From positions 64,001-128,000 of the forward strand of contig CAWGIE010000010.1 of assembly GCA_963822585.1 (NCBI GenBank): a stretch of DNA of 64,000 nucleotides, read 5' to 3'. This DNA comes from an uncultured bacterium (GTDB lineage: Bacteria > Auribacterota > Erginobacteria > Erginobacterales > Erginobacteraceae). The translations under genes and the position numbers were made by a program. Positions 50,130-60,729 of the stretch are shown one piece after another. A model generated the notes under the pieces. The model did not search any database, had not been told where the DNA came from, and was given only the letters and a program-made list of their open reading frames with translations. How positions within the stretch are numbered: position 1 is the stretch's first letter; each line of letters opens with the position of its first letter.

Positions 50130-50897
50130 ATGGATATCCTTGATAAAACCGGGAGCAAGATACTGGAAATTTTCCAGGGGATGGGAGGGACGGTCGTTCT
50201 TCTCTTCCGGGGGTTTTACTGGTTCAAGACCACCCTGAAATACCGGGTGCCGATCATCGAGCAGATGCTCCTCTGCGGCGTGGAAAGCCTGCCGGTCGTG
50301 ATGGTGGTCGCCCTCTTCACGGGGATGGTGCTGGCGCTCCAGACCGGCCACGAGCTGGCCCAGTTCCAGCTCCAGGGGACGATCGGCAATATCGTCGCCG
50401 CCTCCATCTGCCGCGAGATGGGGCCGGTCTTCGCCGCCATCATCGTGGCCGGCCGGGTCGGTTCGGCGATGGCGGCCCAGCTGGGAACGATGAGGGTTTC
50501 AGAGGAGATCGACGCCCTGGAGGCGATGTCGATCAACCCGATCCGCTACCTGGTGATGCCCCGGATCTGGGCGCTCCTGGTGATGCTCCCCATCCTCACC
50601 GCCTTCGCCGACCTGGTCGGCATCGTGGGAGGAGGGGTGATCGCCCGTCTCCAGATCGGGATCAGTTACTACACCTATTTCGACGGGGTGATGAGCAACC
50701 TCGAGATCAAGGACATCTACACCGGGATGGTGAAGGCGGTCGTTTTCGGCCTGACGATCGCGGCCGTCGCCTGCTACCAGGGCCTGAACGCCCGCGCCGG
50801 AGCGCAGGGCGTGGGCCGGGCGACCACCCGGTCGCTGGTGTTTTCGTTTCTGATGGTCCTGGTCTTCGACTATTTCATCACCGCTATTTTCTACTGA
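50130..50897 (+). CDS. mlaE: MlaE-family ABC permease
   Basis: REMGPV, AGRVGSAMAAQLGTMRVSEEIDALEAM, GVGRATT. Confidence 0.93.
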   Translation: MDILDKTGSKILEIFQGMGGTVVLLFRGFYWFKTTLKYRVPIIEQMLLCGVESLPVVMVVALFTGMVLALQTGHELAQFQLQGTIGNIVAASICREMGPVFAAIIVAGRVGSAMAAQLGTMRVSEEIDALEAMSINPIRYLVMPRIWALLVMLPILTAFADLVGIVGGGVIARLQIGISYYTYFDGVMSNLEIKDIYTGMVKAVVFGLTIAAVACYQGLNARAGAQGVGRATTRSLVFSFLMVLVFDYFITAIFY

Positions 50898-51120
50898 GAG
50901 AGCGACAAAGACGCTCTCTCAGTAGAAAATAAATATAAAAGCGTCTGCAACCGAAATAAAACCTTGATACCTAATAGAATGTGGGGGCTCAGCATTTGGG
51001 CATAGCATCCTGGACGTTAAAACAGGCAAGCATTACTCCACTATTCCAATACTCCGACATTTCCGGTACTTACGTCAGGCAGGGTAGGCAAAATAATGCA
51101 AGGCGGGAACGGGTTATAAG

Positions 51121-51870
51121 ATGATAGAAATCAAAGACGTTTACAAGAGCCTGGGGGGGAAAGAGGTGCTGCGGGGGTTATCCCTCCAGGTCAAGTCGGG
51201 GGAACTGATGGCCGTCATCGGGGGGAGCGGGATGGGGAAGTCGGTCCTTCTCAAGCATATCATCGGCTTCCTGAAGCCCGACTCCGGTGAAGTCCTGGTG
51301 GACGGGATATCGATCCCCGGCTGTTCCGTCAGAGAGCTCTACGAGATCAGGAAAAGGTACGGGGTGGTTTTCCAGTCGCCGGCCCTCCTCCAATCGTTAA
51401 CGGTCGAGGAAAACCTCGCTCTCCCTCTCCAGGAGCATACCGGCTACCCCGCCGAGAAGATCAGGGAGATCGTCCGGGACCGGCTGCACCTGGTCAAGCT
51501 CTTCGATGTCGAGAAGAAACTCCCGTCCGAACTCTCGGGGGGGATGCAGAAGAGAGCATCCCTGGCCCGGGCGATAGTGATGGACCCTCACCTGGTACTC
51601 TTCGATGAACCGGACATCGGCCTCGATCCGATTCTCAGCTCCACGATCGGGCATTTAATAGTTGACCTCCATGCCCGGATTGGATTTACTGCTATCGCGG
51701 TGACCCACAACATGACATTCGCTTACATGATCGCGAACCGGATCGCCATGCTCTATAAAGGGCGGATCGTCGCCATCGGGACACCGGAGGAGATCAAAGA
51801 CTGTCCCGAATCGATCGTTCAGAATTTTATTCACGGCATTCCGACGCGCGATGAGGAATGGGAGGCGTGA
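51121..51870 (+). CDS. mlaF: MlaF-family ABC ATPase
   Basis: GGSGMGKS, LSGGMQKR, FDEP..GLDP. Confidence 0.92.
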   Translation: MIEIKDVYKSLGGKEVLRGLSLQVKSGELMAVIGGSGMGKSVLLKHIIGFLKPDSGEVLVDGISIPGCSVRELYEIRKRYGVVFQSPALLQSLTVEENLALPLQEHTGYPAEKIREIVRDRLHLVKLFDVEKKLPSELSGGMQKRASLARAIVMDPHLVLFDEPDIGLDPILSSTIGHLIVDLHARIGFTAIAVTHNMTFAYMIANRIAMLYKGRIVAIGTPEEIKDCPESIVQNFIHGIPTRDEEWEA

Positions 51871-52184
51871 TTCAAGCGGGGAATTAGATTCGTATACAGC
51901 CGCGGCGCTAACGTACTGTTTCAGAATCTTAATAACAGGATAAAATCCGGTAATGTAGTATCGTCCTTCCGCTGCGCGCAAGGACTTGTAGGATCAGAAT
52001 GCCTTCGGCATTCTTTGTAGGAATTGTAGAATCGCTGCCTGCCTGCAGGCAGGCGCTTGCGGGTCGGCAAGCCTTGCCGCAGGCAAGGCGATCCTACATT
52101 TACTACATCTCCTGCAAGTCCTGAACGGAGTGAAGGACGATCCTACATAAATTTGCGAACGAAGTGAGCTAATTTATATTTAAG

Positions 52185-53576
52185 ATGGGTATCTCGGCGG
52201 AAAAGAAAGTGGGGATCGTCTTCTTCCTGGGGATCGCTCTGCTGGCGGTCTTCACCATCCTCCTCACGGACATCAATATCTTCAAAAAACAGTACACCAT
52301 CAGCGTTTCCTTCGACCAGGTCGGCGGACTGGAACGGGGGGATAAGGTCGCCCTGGGCGGCATGGTGGTGGGGGATGTCAAGGACCTGATCCAGGAGAAG
52401 GGGAAGATCCGGGTTGTCATCGGGATCGACCGGGCGATCGAGATCCCGCGGGACTCGATCTTCCGGCTGGGGGACATCGGCCTTCTGGGAGGCAAAAGGG
52501 TGGACATCGTCTGGGGCGACGAATCGACCGGATATATCAAGAAAGGGGATCGGGTCGAGGGAACAAATTCCCCGGGACTGTCGGAAGCGATCGCCAGCCT
52601 GGGTGAGGCGGGTGACAATGTCGATCAGATACTGATGTCGATCAAGGAGACGACGAACAAGATCTCCCGGGGAGAGGGAACGGTCGGGAAACTGATCTCC
52701 GAAGATGACGTCTACAACGACATTAAGAGCATCGCCGACAAGATCGCCAAAGGCGAGGGAACGGTGGGGAAGCTGGTCAACGACCGCGCGCTTTATGATG
52801 ACATCAAGAAGTTGTTCGGCGATCTCCAGCAAATGGTGGAGGAGAATCGCGGCAAGGTGGACGAGATTGTCGTTGAACTGAAGGAGACCACGCCCTCGAT
52901 CCGGGACACCATGAAGAACCTGAAGGAGATAACCGACAAGATCAACCAGGGGAAAGGGACGATCGGGAAGCTGGTCAACGAGGATGAGTTTTATACCAGT
53001 GCTCAGGGAACACTGGCCTCGGTCAATACCGCCGGCCAGAAGCTGACCGACATGCTCTCGAAGGCGGAGCGGGTCCGTATTTACATCGGGGCCGAAGCGG
53101 CCTATGATACCAGGAACAAGCATACCCTGACCAAGGCCTATATTCAGATCGAGCCCACTCCCAGCAAGCTCTACATGATCGGGTTCAGCCTGCTTTCGGG
53201 GCAGGGAACGGAGGCGTCTCAGACCGACAGCCCGGAGACGGAGATCGACGCCCAGATCGGGCTGCGGTTCTTCGATAACTTCCTGACCGTCCGGGGGGGG
53301 CTCCTGGAAGGCCGAGTGGGCGGCGGCCTGGATTTCCGGATCAAGGACGAGGACGTGGTCGCTACCATAGAAGGGCGGGCCGTCTGGACGAAGGAGAAGG
53401 ATGAGGGCATCGAACCCTTCCTTCTCCGGGCGTACGTGGACACCAATGTCTGGTGGGGTTTTTATGTGCGGCTGGGAGGAGACAACCTCCTCGACCAGCC
53501 GGGGTTCTACGGCGGCGGCGGCCTGAAACTGAGGGACGACGACATCAAGGCACTGTTCGGTTTTATCAGCATATAA
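52185..53576 (+). CDS. mlaD: MlaD/MCE protein with long helical region and beta-rich C-terminus
   Basis: N-terminal TM, FDQVGGL..G..V, GLLGGK, repeated GEGTVGKL. Confidence 0.9.
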   Translation: MGISAEKKVGIVFFLGIALLAVFTILLTDINIFKKQYTISVSFDQVGGLERGDKVALGGMVVGDVKDLIQEKGKIRVVIGIDRAIEIPRDSIFRLGDIGLLGGKRVDIVWGDESTGYIKKGDRVEGTNSPGLSEAIASLGEAGDNVDQILMSIKETTNKISRGEGTVGKLISEDDVYNDIKSIADKIAKGEGTVGKLVNDRALYDDIKKLFGDLQQMVEENRGKVDEIVVELKETTPSIRDTMKNLKEITDKINQGKGTIGKLVNEDEFYTSAQGTLASVNTAGQKLTDMLSKAERVRIYIGAEAAYDTRNKHTLTKAYIQIEPTPSKLYMIGFSLLSGQGTEASQTDSPETEIDAQIGLRFFDNFLTVRGGLLEGRVGGGLDFRIKDEDVVATIEGRAVWTKEKDEGIEPFLLRAYVDTNVWWGFYVRLGGDNLLDQPGFYGGGGLKLRDDDIKALFGFISI

Positions 53577-53616
53577 TTTAATTTTCCCCCTGCCGCCGGC
53601 AGGGGGAAAATTAAAT

Positions 53617-53877
53617 TAGTTTTGAACCATGACGGGGATCAAAAGAACAGCAACACGAAGCAGATTGATTTTATTTTCTCAGGCGAGTAATTCCAACCGG
53701 AGGTCTCATTCTGGTGACAGTGTTGAATGGAATAACAACACGTTATTCTGACGGGGAAGAAAAAAACAATGTGCTGTCGCCATGGTAACATGTTCGCTAT
53801 CCGGTATACATTGAACTATAATTATTAACCTGACTGATTCATGAAAATTTTTAATTTTCATGAATCAGTCAGGTTAA
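53617..53877. repeat. Diverged ~260-bp element, copy 2
   Basis: See 578-840. Confidence 0.8.
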
Positions 53878-53914
53878 AACTTATAAATTTGCGAGCGAAG
53901 CGAGCTAATTTATA

Positions 53915-54547
53915 ATGACGGTGGAAAAAGAAGGTTTGAAGTTCATCGGGCCGTTCCTGGTGCTGGCCGCGGTCTTCCTCTTTATCTTCTGGCAGCTGTG
54001 GCCGCTCGGCGTCCTCTTTCTTCTGCTGGCCCTGGCCGCGACGCTCTTCTTCCGGGAAAGCCGGATCGAGGGCGCGTTCGAAGATTCCCTGATCGTGGCC
54101 CCCGCCTCCGGGAAGATCATCGAGATCCGGGAAGTCCGGGAGCCGGACTTCCTGGGGGAAACGGTCAGAAAGATCAGCATTTTCATGTCCCTCTTCGACG
54201 AGCATGTCAACTACGCGCCGGCAACCGGGGAGGTCGCGTTTCTTTCCCATCGGCCGGGGGGGTTCAAGAAAGCCTACCTGGACGAAGCTTCGGAGGGGAA
54301 TGAAGCTCAGAAGATCGGTTTCCATGGGGAGGGGTGCTCCTGGATGATGAAACAGATCGCCGGGGTGATCGCCCGCCGGATCGTCTGCCGCTGCCGGGTG
54401 GGAGACCGCCTGCGGGCGGGGGAGAAACTGGGCCTGATCCGTTTCGGCTCCCGGGTGGAGCTTTTCTTCCCGCTCTCAGCCTCGTTTACCGTCTCCCCCG
54501 GGGAGCATGTCCGGGGAGGGCGGACAATCATAGGTAAAATATCATGA
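53915..54547 (+). CDS. psd: Phosphatidylserine decarboxylase
   Basis: APASGK, ISIFMS..HVN, QIAG.IARRI, IRFGSRV. Confidence 0.93.
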   Translation: MTVEKEGLKFIGPFLVLAAVFLFIFWQLWPLGVLFLLLALAATLFFRESRIEGAFEDSLIVAPASGKIIEIREVREPDFLGETVRKISIFMSLFDEHVNYAPATGEVAFLSHRPGGFKKAYLDEASEGNEAQKIGFHGEGCSWMMKQIAGVIARRIVCRCRVGDRLRAGEKLGLIRFGSRVELFFPLSASFTVSPGEHVRGGRTIIGKIS

Positions 54548-55308
54548 AAAAGATCTACATCCTTCCCAATCTCTTCACCACCGCCAATATCTTCTGCGGC
54601 GTTTACTCGCTCTCCCTGATCCTCCGGGGAAACCCGGATCTCTATCCCCGGGCCGCCTGGTTCATCCTCCTGGCGATGATCTTCGACTTTATCGACGGCC
54701 AGCTGGCCCGGCTGTACCGGGCCACCAGCCGGTTCGGGGTCGAACTGGACTCCCTGGCCGATTTTCTTTCCTTCGGAGTGGTCACTACCATCCTGGCCTA
54801 CCGGGTTGTCCTGGAGCGGATGAAGGGTTTCGGGGTCGGTATCGCCTTCCTCTACATCGTCTTTTGCGCTCTTCGCCTGGCCCGCTTCAATATCCAGGTC
54901 AACAAGGAAGAAAAAACGGACTTCAAGGGGCTTCCCTCCCCGGTGGCGGCCGGTGTGCTCCTCTCGTTTATTATTTTCAACGACCACTTCCAGTTCGGTC
55001 TGGAGATGGCCATCCCTTTCCTCATGATCGTGCTCAGCGCCCTGATGGTAACCAGCCTTACCTACCCGACGCTGTTGACGCTGGATCTGAGAAAGAAACA
55101 GCCCTTCCTCTACCTGGTGGCGGTTATTTTGGTACTGGTCATCCTGATCACCCATCACCAGGTCGGGGTTTTCGTGGCTTTTATCTCGTATTTGATACTG
55201 GGTCTCTACCAGGGGATCCGGATTGCATTTCGGAAAAGACGGTTCTCCCGGTCCCGGGCGTTCCCCCGGCAGGTCCGCCATTCGGCCGGTCACGGAACGT
55301 CCGATTGA
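54544..55308 (+). CDS. pssA: CDP-diacylglycerol--serine O-phosphatidyltransferase
   Basis: LPNLFT, DFIDGQLAR, FGVELDSLAD, LRLARFN, FKGLPSP. Confidence 0.93.
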   Translation: MKKIYILPNLFTTANIFCGVYSLSLILRGNPDLYPRAAWFILLAMIFDFIDGQLARLYRATSRFGVELDSLADFLSFGVVTTILAYRVVLERMKGFGVGIAFLYIVFCALRLARFNIQVNKEEKTDFKGLPSPVAAGVLLSFIIFNDHFQFGLEMAIPFLMIVLSALMVTSLTYPTLLTLDLRKKQPFLYLVAVILVLVILITHHQVGVFVAFISYLILGLYQGIRIAFRKRRFSRSRAFPRQVRHSAGHGTSD

Positions 55309-55315
55309 GAGGAAG

Positions 55316-56434
55316 ATGCACGGAAAACTATTCCTGATCGGTGTGGTGTTTCTCCTGGCCGCGGTACTGCTCTTCTGGTTTCTGTTCCTGCGTCCGCGGG
55401 AGACGGGGGAGGAGATGGCTTCCGCGGTCGAGATGGTCCGGTCCGGCGATTGCCGCGGGGCCGTTCCTCTCCTGGAAAAAGTCATCGCCGATCCGCCCGA
55501 TGACGCCTCCCGGAGGGAAGCGCGCCTTCTTCTGGCCCGCTGCCGGACGCGTCTGAAAAACTACCGGGCGGCGGCCGCCCTCTGGGAAGAGCTGGGCGCC
55601 TCCGGAGACCCCGCGCTCCGGGAAGAGGCAGGGTATTATCTGGGCCTGATCGCGATGGAAGAGGGTGATCGGGAAAAGTCCCGGGAGCTTTTGCACGCCT
55701 ATCTCGATCGGTATCCCGGATCCCCCCGGCAGGGGCAGGCCCAACTCCTTCTGGCCCGTCTGACAAAAGAGGCGTCCAATCCCGCCGCCGCGGCCGTACT
55801 CTACCGGAAGGTCCTCGAATCGGCCGCCCCCGAGGAAACAGCGGCCCGGGCCCGGGCGGAACTGGGGGACCTGGACGTCGCCCTGCTCCTCTCCCCGGCC
55901 CTTGATGAGGGGAGCCGGTCCTATACCGTTCGTTCGGGCGACTCACTGGCGGCCATCGCCCTCAAGCACAACACGACGGCCTCTCTTCTGCAGAAAATGA
56001 ACAACATCTCCGGGGATATCATTCATCCCGGCCAGATGCTGAAGGTGCCGGCTAAGAGTTTCAACGTTGCCGTCAGCAAATCGAAGAATAGGCTGACCCT
56101 TTATTACGGCGGGGAATTCTTCAAGGAATATCCCGTCGGTACGGGGCGGAATAACTGCACCCCGGTTGGTGAATTCACCATCGCGACCAAGCTGGTGGAC
56201 CCGCCCTGGATTCACGGGGGGGAGACGATCCCTCCGTTCGATCCCCGCAATATTCTGGGGACCAGGTGGATGGGGTTCGGTGATCCCTATGCCACCTACG
56301 GGATACACGGCACCACCAAGCCGGAGACGGTGGGGACCCAGAGCAGCGACGGCTGCGTCCGGATGGTCAACGCGGATGTGGAAGAGCTGTTTATCTTTCT
56401 TCCCCGGGGAACCCGGGTAACAATCGAAGACTGA
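55316..56434 (+). CDS. TPR + LysM + L,D-transpeptidase (YkuD)
   Basis: YTVRSGDSL LysM; YGIHGT..SSDGCVRM. Confidence 0.9.
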   Translation: MHGKLFLIGVVFLLAAVLLFWFLFLRPRETGEEMASAVEMVRSGDCRGAVPLLEKVIADPPDDASRREARLLLARCRTRLKNYRAAAALWEELGASGDPALREEAGYYLGLIAMEEGDREKSRELLHAYLDRYPGSPRQGQAQLLLARLTKEASNPAAAAVLYRKVLESAAPEETAARARAELGDLDVALLLSPALDEGSRSYTVRSGDSLAAIALKHNTTASLLQKMNNISGDIIHPGQMLKVPAKSFNVAVSKSKNRLTLYYGGEFFKEYPVGTGRNNCTPVGEFTIATKLVDPPWIHGGETIPPFDPRNILGTRWMGFGDPYATYGIHGTTKPETVGTQSSDGCVRMVNADVEELFIFLPRGTRVTIED

Positions 56435-56446
56435 TTTTATCGTCTA

Positions 56447-56926
56447 ATGGAAGATATGAACCAGGAAGGCGGAGTAAAACTCAGGAGGGCGTATCCCGGC
56501 GACGCCGAGGGTATCCGGGAGATGGTGAACCAGTACGCTGCCCAGGGAATGATGCTTCCCCGTTCCCTGTCATCGATCTATGAACGTATCCGTGATTTCC
56601 GGGTGATCGTCGCGGAAGATCGGATCCTGGGCTGCGCCGCTCTCCAGGTCTGCTGGGATGACATGGCGGAGATCAGGACCCTGGCCGTCGCTCGTGACAT
56701 CCGCCGGAAAGGGTGGGGGAGGGGGCTGGTTGAAGACTGCCTGAAGGAAGCCGTCGACCTCCGGATCCCCCGGATTTTCACGCTGACCTTCGCGCCGGAA
56801 TTTTTCCTGAAGATGGGTTTTTCCGAGATCGACAAGGAAAAGCTACCGCAGAAGATCTGGAAGGACTGTATTTACTGCCCGCATTTCCCCGACTGCCGGG
56901 AGGTGGCCCTGGTCCGCGATCTCTGA
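56447..56926 (+). CDS. GNAT acetyltransferase (short ArgA-like)
   Basis: MLPRS, AEIRTLAV, LPQKIWKDCIYCPHFPDCRE. Confidence 0.85.
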   Translation: MEDMNQEGGVKLRRAYPGDAEGIREMVNQYAAQGMMLPRSLSSIYERIRDFRVIVAEDRILGCAALQVCWDDMAEIRTLAVARDIRRKGWGRGLVEDCLKEAVDLRIPRIFTLTFAPEFFLKMGFSEIDKEKLPQKIWKDCIYCPHFPDCREVALVRDL

Positions 56927-57256
56927 TCCCCAGCCTCTCCCCCTTATTAAAACAGACGATTGAATGTGATTTGAATAAATGAACTGCCCTCTGCGTGTCC
57001 CGTTGAACGTTGGAAGTTGAACGTTCGGCGTTGGACGTTCGGTTTTTTCTCCCCCCGCCTCGCCCCCTTTAAATAGCCGCAAAAAGGCGCAAAAGACGCA
57101 AGAGTTCCCCTAGGCCTCTCCCCCTGATGAAAACCCCGATTAAAACTTCGGGGGAGGCCAGACGATTGTCGTAGATCCGGCAGGTTTTGACGGGAATGTG
57201 ATTTGAATAAATGAACTGCCCTCTGCGTGTCCCGTTGAACGTTGGAAGTTGAACGT

Positions 57257-57811
57257 TCAGTTCTTTCCCCGCGCCGGCGCGGTTTTTAGCAGATCCAGTT
57301 CCCGGATGCCGATGATGGTCTTGCTGTCCATGATCTTTCCGGCCTCGATCAGGTCCCGGACTTCCGCCAGGGGGAGGATCGCCGTTACCAGGCCGCTCTC
57401 GTCGCCGCCGGCGGCGGGACCGGGGGAGAGGTCTTCGGCCAGGTAGACGTGGATAATCTCGCTGCTGATCCCGAAGGAGGGGTAGTAGCTTCTCAGGTGG
57501 GTCAGCCGTCCGGCCCGGTAGCCGGTCTCTTCCCGAAGTTCCCGCCGGATGCAGTCTTCGGCGGCTTCGCCTTTCTCCATCTTGCCGGCCGGTATCTCCA
57601 GCGTCACCCGCCCGGCGGCTTTACGGAACTGGCGGACCATAATCACCCTCTCCCCCTCCAGCAGGGGAACCGCGGCCACCGCCCCGGGGTGTTCCAGAAT
57701 GATCCGCTTCTTCTCCTCGCCGTCCGGGTACTCAACCAGGTATTCCCGCAGGGAAAAAAACGGCCCCCGGAAAATCTCTCTACTCCTCTTGGTTATGTAT
57801 GTGTCTTTCAT
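57257..57811 (-). CDS. NUDIX hydrolase (ADP-ribose pyrophosphatase-like)
   Basis: HPGAV, EIPAGK..RRELREETG Nudix box, DSKT. Confidence 0.9.
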   Translation of the reverse strand: MKDTYITKRSREIFRGPFFSLREYLVEYPDGEEKKRIILEHPGAVAAVPLLEGERVIMVRQFRKAAGRVTLEIPAGKMEKGEAAEDCIRRELREETGYRAGRLTHLRSYYPSFGISSEIIHVYLAEDLSPGPAAGGDESGLVTAILPLAEVRDLIEAGKIMDSKTIIGIRELDLLKTAPARGKN

Positions 57812-58052
57812 GATAATTCGCCGCAACAGATCGGCAAATGAGAAGGCTGCCTGGAATCAACCGTACGTAGAAAGTATCTTAAAGATTTTCCCCGGAATAA
57901 AGATATTTATTCACCACGAAGGTCACGAAGGACACGAAGAATGATAGTGGGAAAAGGTTCAGCTCATATTGTGCAAGATCTTCGTGTGCTTCGTGTTCTT
58001 CGTGGTTTTAATCTTGTTTTACAATGAGATAACGTTTTCCATCCAGGCATGT

Positions 58053-58586
58053 TTAAAAACGATAGCCAACCGAAGCGGTGATCAGGTCGACGCCCCGGTT
58101 CGGGGCTTCCAGTCCGGCATTGCTCCGGTGCTCGTAGGAAGCCTGAAGCAGGAACCGGTAAAGCCGGATCCCGACGCTGCCGCGATCGATAAAATTCACG
58201 TGGGTGGGCACGCTTTCGTAGTCGGCCCCGGTATAATTGCCCCCCCCGCTGGCCAGGAGATAGAACCCGAAATCGCGATGAAGATCAAGCTCGTACTTAA
58301 GATCTACCAGGAGGCTCACTTCACCGGCGGCATCCGGCTCCCTCAGCCATCCTCCCCGCAGTTCGCAGCCGAGCGTGAAGGGGAGAGGATAGAGGAGGGA
58401 GAACCCCTGATCGGCGCCGGCCGTCAGCCAGATCCGGTAGGCGGCCGTTCCTCCCCTGGTTTCCCGGTTCCGGAGCGTGGAGACGTACCCTCCCAGAAAT
58501 AGCTCCTGTCTGATCGCGGCCCGCGCTGCCGGGGCAGAAGAAACAAGCAGGCAAAATAGGACGATGGTCGGTAATAATCGCATCAT
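58053..58586 (-). CDS. PagL/acyloxyacyl hydrolase-like beta-barrel
   Basis: HRSNAGL..PNRGVD motif, C-terminal YRF, signal peptide. Confidence 0.75.
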   Translation of the reverse strand: MMRLLPTIVLFCLLVSSAPAARAAIRQELFLGGYVSTLRNRETRGGTAAYRIWLTAGADQGFSLLYPLPFTLGCELRGGWLREPDAAGEVSLLVDLKYELDLHRDFGFYLLASGGGNYTGADYESVPTHVNFIDRGSVGIRLYRFLLQASYEHRSNAGLEAPNRGVDLITASVGYRF

Positions 58587-58663
58587 TTAAAGATAATTCA
58601 GGTTGATTGATTTAAACGTATACTTATAATCCACTACGCTGAGTAATAAAAGGAGATAAAGTC

Positions 58664-59923
58664 ATGGGGATGACGATCGCGGAAAAAATACTGGCGGCCC
58701 ATTGCGGCCGGGAGACGGTCGAGCCGGACGAGATCGTGATGGCCAAGCTGGACCTGGTCCTGGGAAACGATATCACCGCCCCTCTTGCTATCGAGGCATT
58801 CCGGAAGAGCGGCGTGAAAACGGTTTTTGATCGAGACCGGATCGTCCTGGTCCTTGACCACTTCACGCCGAACAAGGATATCCGTTCGGCCGAGCAGTGC
58901 CGGGTGGTGAGGGATTTCGCCCGGGAGCAGAAGATCACCCATTTTTATGACGTGGGAGAGATGGGGATCGAGCACGTTCTTCTCCCCGAACAGGGGCTGG
59001 TCGTTCCCGGCGATCTGATGATCGGCGCCGACAGCCACACCTGCACTTATGGGGCGCTGGGCGCCTTCGCGACCGGGGTCGGTTCCACCGACCTGGCCGC
59101 GGCCATGATCGGGGGAGAGGCCTGGTTCCGGGTACCCCATTCGATGCTCTTCCGGTATGAAGGGGAACTCCGGCGCTGGGTGTCCGGGAAGGACCTGATC
59201 CTTTTTACCATCGGCCGGATCGGCGTTGCCGGTGCCCGGTACTGCGCCATGGAGTTCACCGGCCCGGCCGTTGCCGCCCTGTCCATGAGCGACCGGCTGA
59301 CCATGTCCAACATGGCGATCGAGGCGGGGGCCAAAGCCGGGATATTCCCGCCGGATCGGGTGACCCGGGAGTATGTGAAAAATCGCGCCCGGCGGGAACC
59401 CCGTTTTTACGCCAGCGATCCTGACGCGGAGTATCTGGAGACCCACACCATCGACGTGAGCGGGATCGAGCCGGTGGTCGCCTGTCCCAGTCTTCCTTCG
59501 AATGTGAAGCCGGTCCGGGAGGCAAAAGGGGTGCGGATAGATCAATCCGTGATCGGTTCCTGTACCAACGGTCGCCTCGAGGACCTCCGGGTCGCCGCCG
59601 GGATTCTCCGGGGAAGGAAGGTCGCCCCCACGGTGCGGACGATCGTACTCCCCGGCAGCCAGCAGGTATATCTGGAGGCCCTTCGCGAAGGCCTGATCGA
59701 GATCTTCGTGGAGGCGGGGGCGGCTGTCTCGACGCCGACCTGCGGGCCGTGCCTGGGAGGACATATGGGGATTCTGGCTGCCGGCGAGCGGGCGGTGGCG
59801 ACGACCAACCGCAATTTCGTGGGCAGGATGGGCCATCCCGAGAGCGAGGTCTACCTCGCCGGCCCGGCGGTGGCCGCCGCCAGCGCGGTCACGGGTGAGC
59901 TGACTCATCCGGACGATATTTAA
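58664..59923 (+). CDS. leuC: 3-isopropylmalate dehydratase large subunit
   Basis: GADSHTCT, IGSCTNGR, CGPCLGG, NRNF.GRMG. Confidence 0.95.
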   Translation: MGMTIAEKILAAHCGRETVEPDEIVMAKLDLVLGNDITAPLAIEAFRKSGVKTVFDRDRIVLVLDHFTPNKDIRSAEQCRVVRDFAREQKITHFYDVGEMGIEHVLLPEQGLVVPGDLMIGADSHTCTYGALGAFATGVGSTDLAAAMIGGEAWFRVPHSMLFRYEGELRRWVSGKDLILFTIGRIGVAGARYCAMEFTGPAVAALSMSDRLTMSNMAIEAGAKAGIFPPDRVTREYVKNRARREPRFYASDPDAEYLETHTIDVSGIEPVVACPSLPSNVKPVREAKGVRIDQSVIGSCTNGRLEDLRVAAGILRGRKVAPTVRTIVLPGSQQVYLEALREGLIEIFVEAGAAVSTPTCGPCLGGHMGILAAGERAVATTNRNFVGRMGHPESEVYLAGPAVAAASAVTGELTHPDDI

Positions 59924-60068
59924 TTAAACCACGAAGGACACGAAGGGCACGAAGAGTTTTAATAAATAGAACTGCCCGTTATTTATTTCCATGTCATTCT
60001 TCGTGATCTTCGTGGTTAAAATAAAGTCTCATTACAATGGCTTTCTTAGAGAAAGTCTGAGGTGAAAT

Positions 60069-60560
60069 ATGAAGCTGAAAGGCACCGTTTGGAAGTTCGG
60101 CGACAACGTCAATACCGACGAGATCCTGGCCGCCCGTTATCTGATCACCACCGATCCGGTTGAGATGGGGAGTCATCTGATGGAGGATATCCGTCCCGGT
60201 TTCAACCGGGAAATCAGCCCCGGCGATATTATCGTCGGAGGGGAGAACTTCGGCTGCGGTTCATCCCGAGAGCATGCCCCCCTGGCGATCAAAGGGGCCG
60301 GCATCTCCGCCGTGGTGGCGTCCAGCTTCGCCCGGATCTTTTACCGGAACGCCCTGAATATGGGGCTGCCGATCTTCGAGTCCCCCGACGCGCCCCGGGC
60401 CCTGGAGGAGGGGGAAGAGATTGAGATCGATGAAAGTTCCGGCCGGATTGAGAGTCTGAGCACCGGGAAGGTTTACCAGGCTTCCCCGCTCCCTCTTTTC
60501 ATGCAGGAGTTGATCAAGGCGGGGGGGCTGATTGCCTATTTGGCGAAGCAGCGTGTGTGA
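60069..60560 (+). CDS. leuD: 3-isopropylmalate dehydratase small subunit
   Basis: [24 protein letters not shown]. Confidence 0.95.
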   Translation: MKLKGTVWKFGDNVNTDEILAARYLITTDPVEMGSHLMEDIRPGFNREISPGDIIVGGENFGCGSSREHAPLAIKGAGISAVVASSFARIFYRNALNMGLPIFESPDAPRALEEGEEIEIDESSGRIESLSTGKVYQASPLPLFMQELIKAGGLIAYLAKQRV

Positions 60561-60729
60561 ACGGATTCAGTAAATCAAAATGGAATGATGGAGTGATGGA
60601 GTAATGGAGTGATGGGCTGACCGGAGGGAATCCACCACTCCAGCACTCCAGTACTCCATTATTCCTGAACAGTTAATCAAGAAGTATAACTAAATCCAGT
60701 TTCAGAAGGATATATTGAGAGGACAGAAC

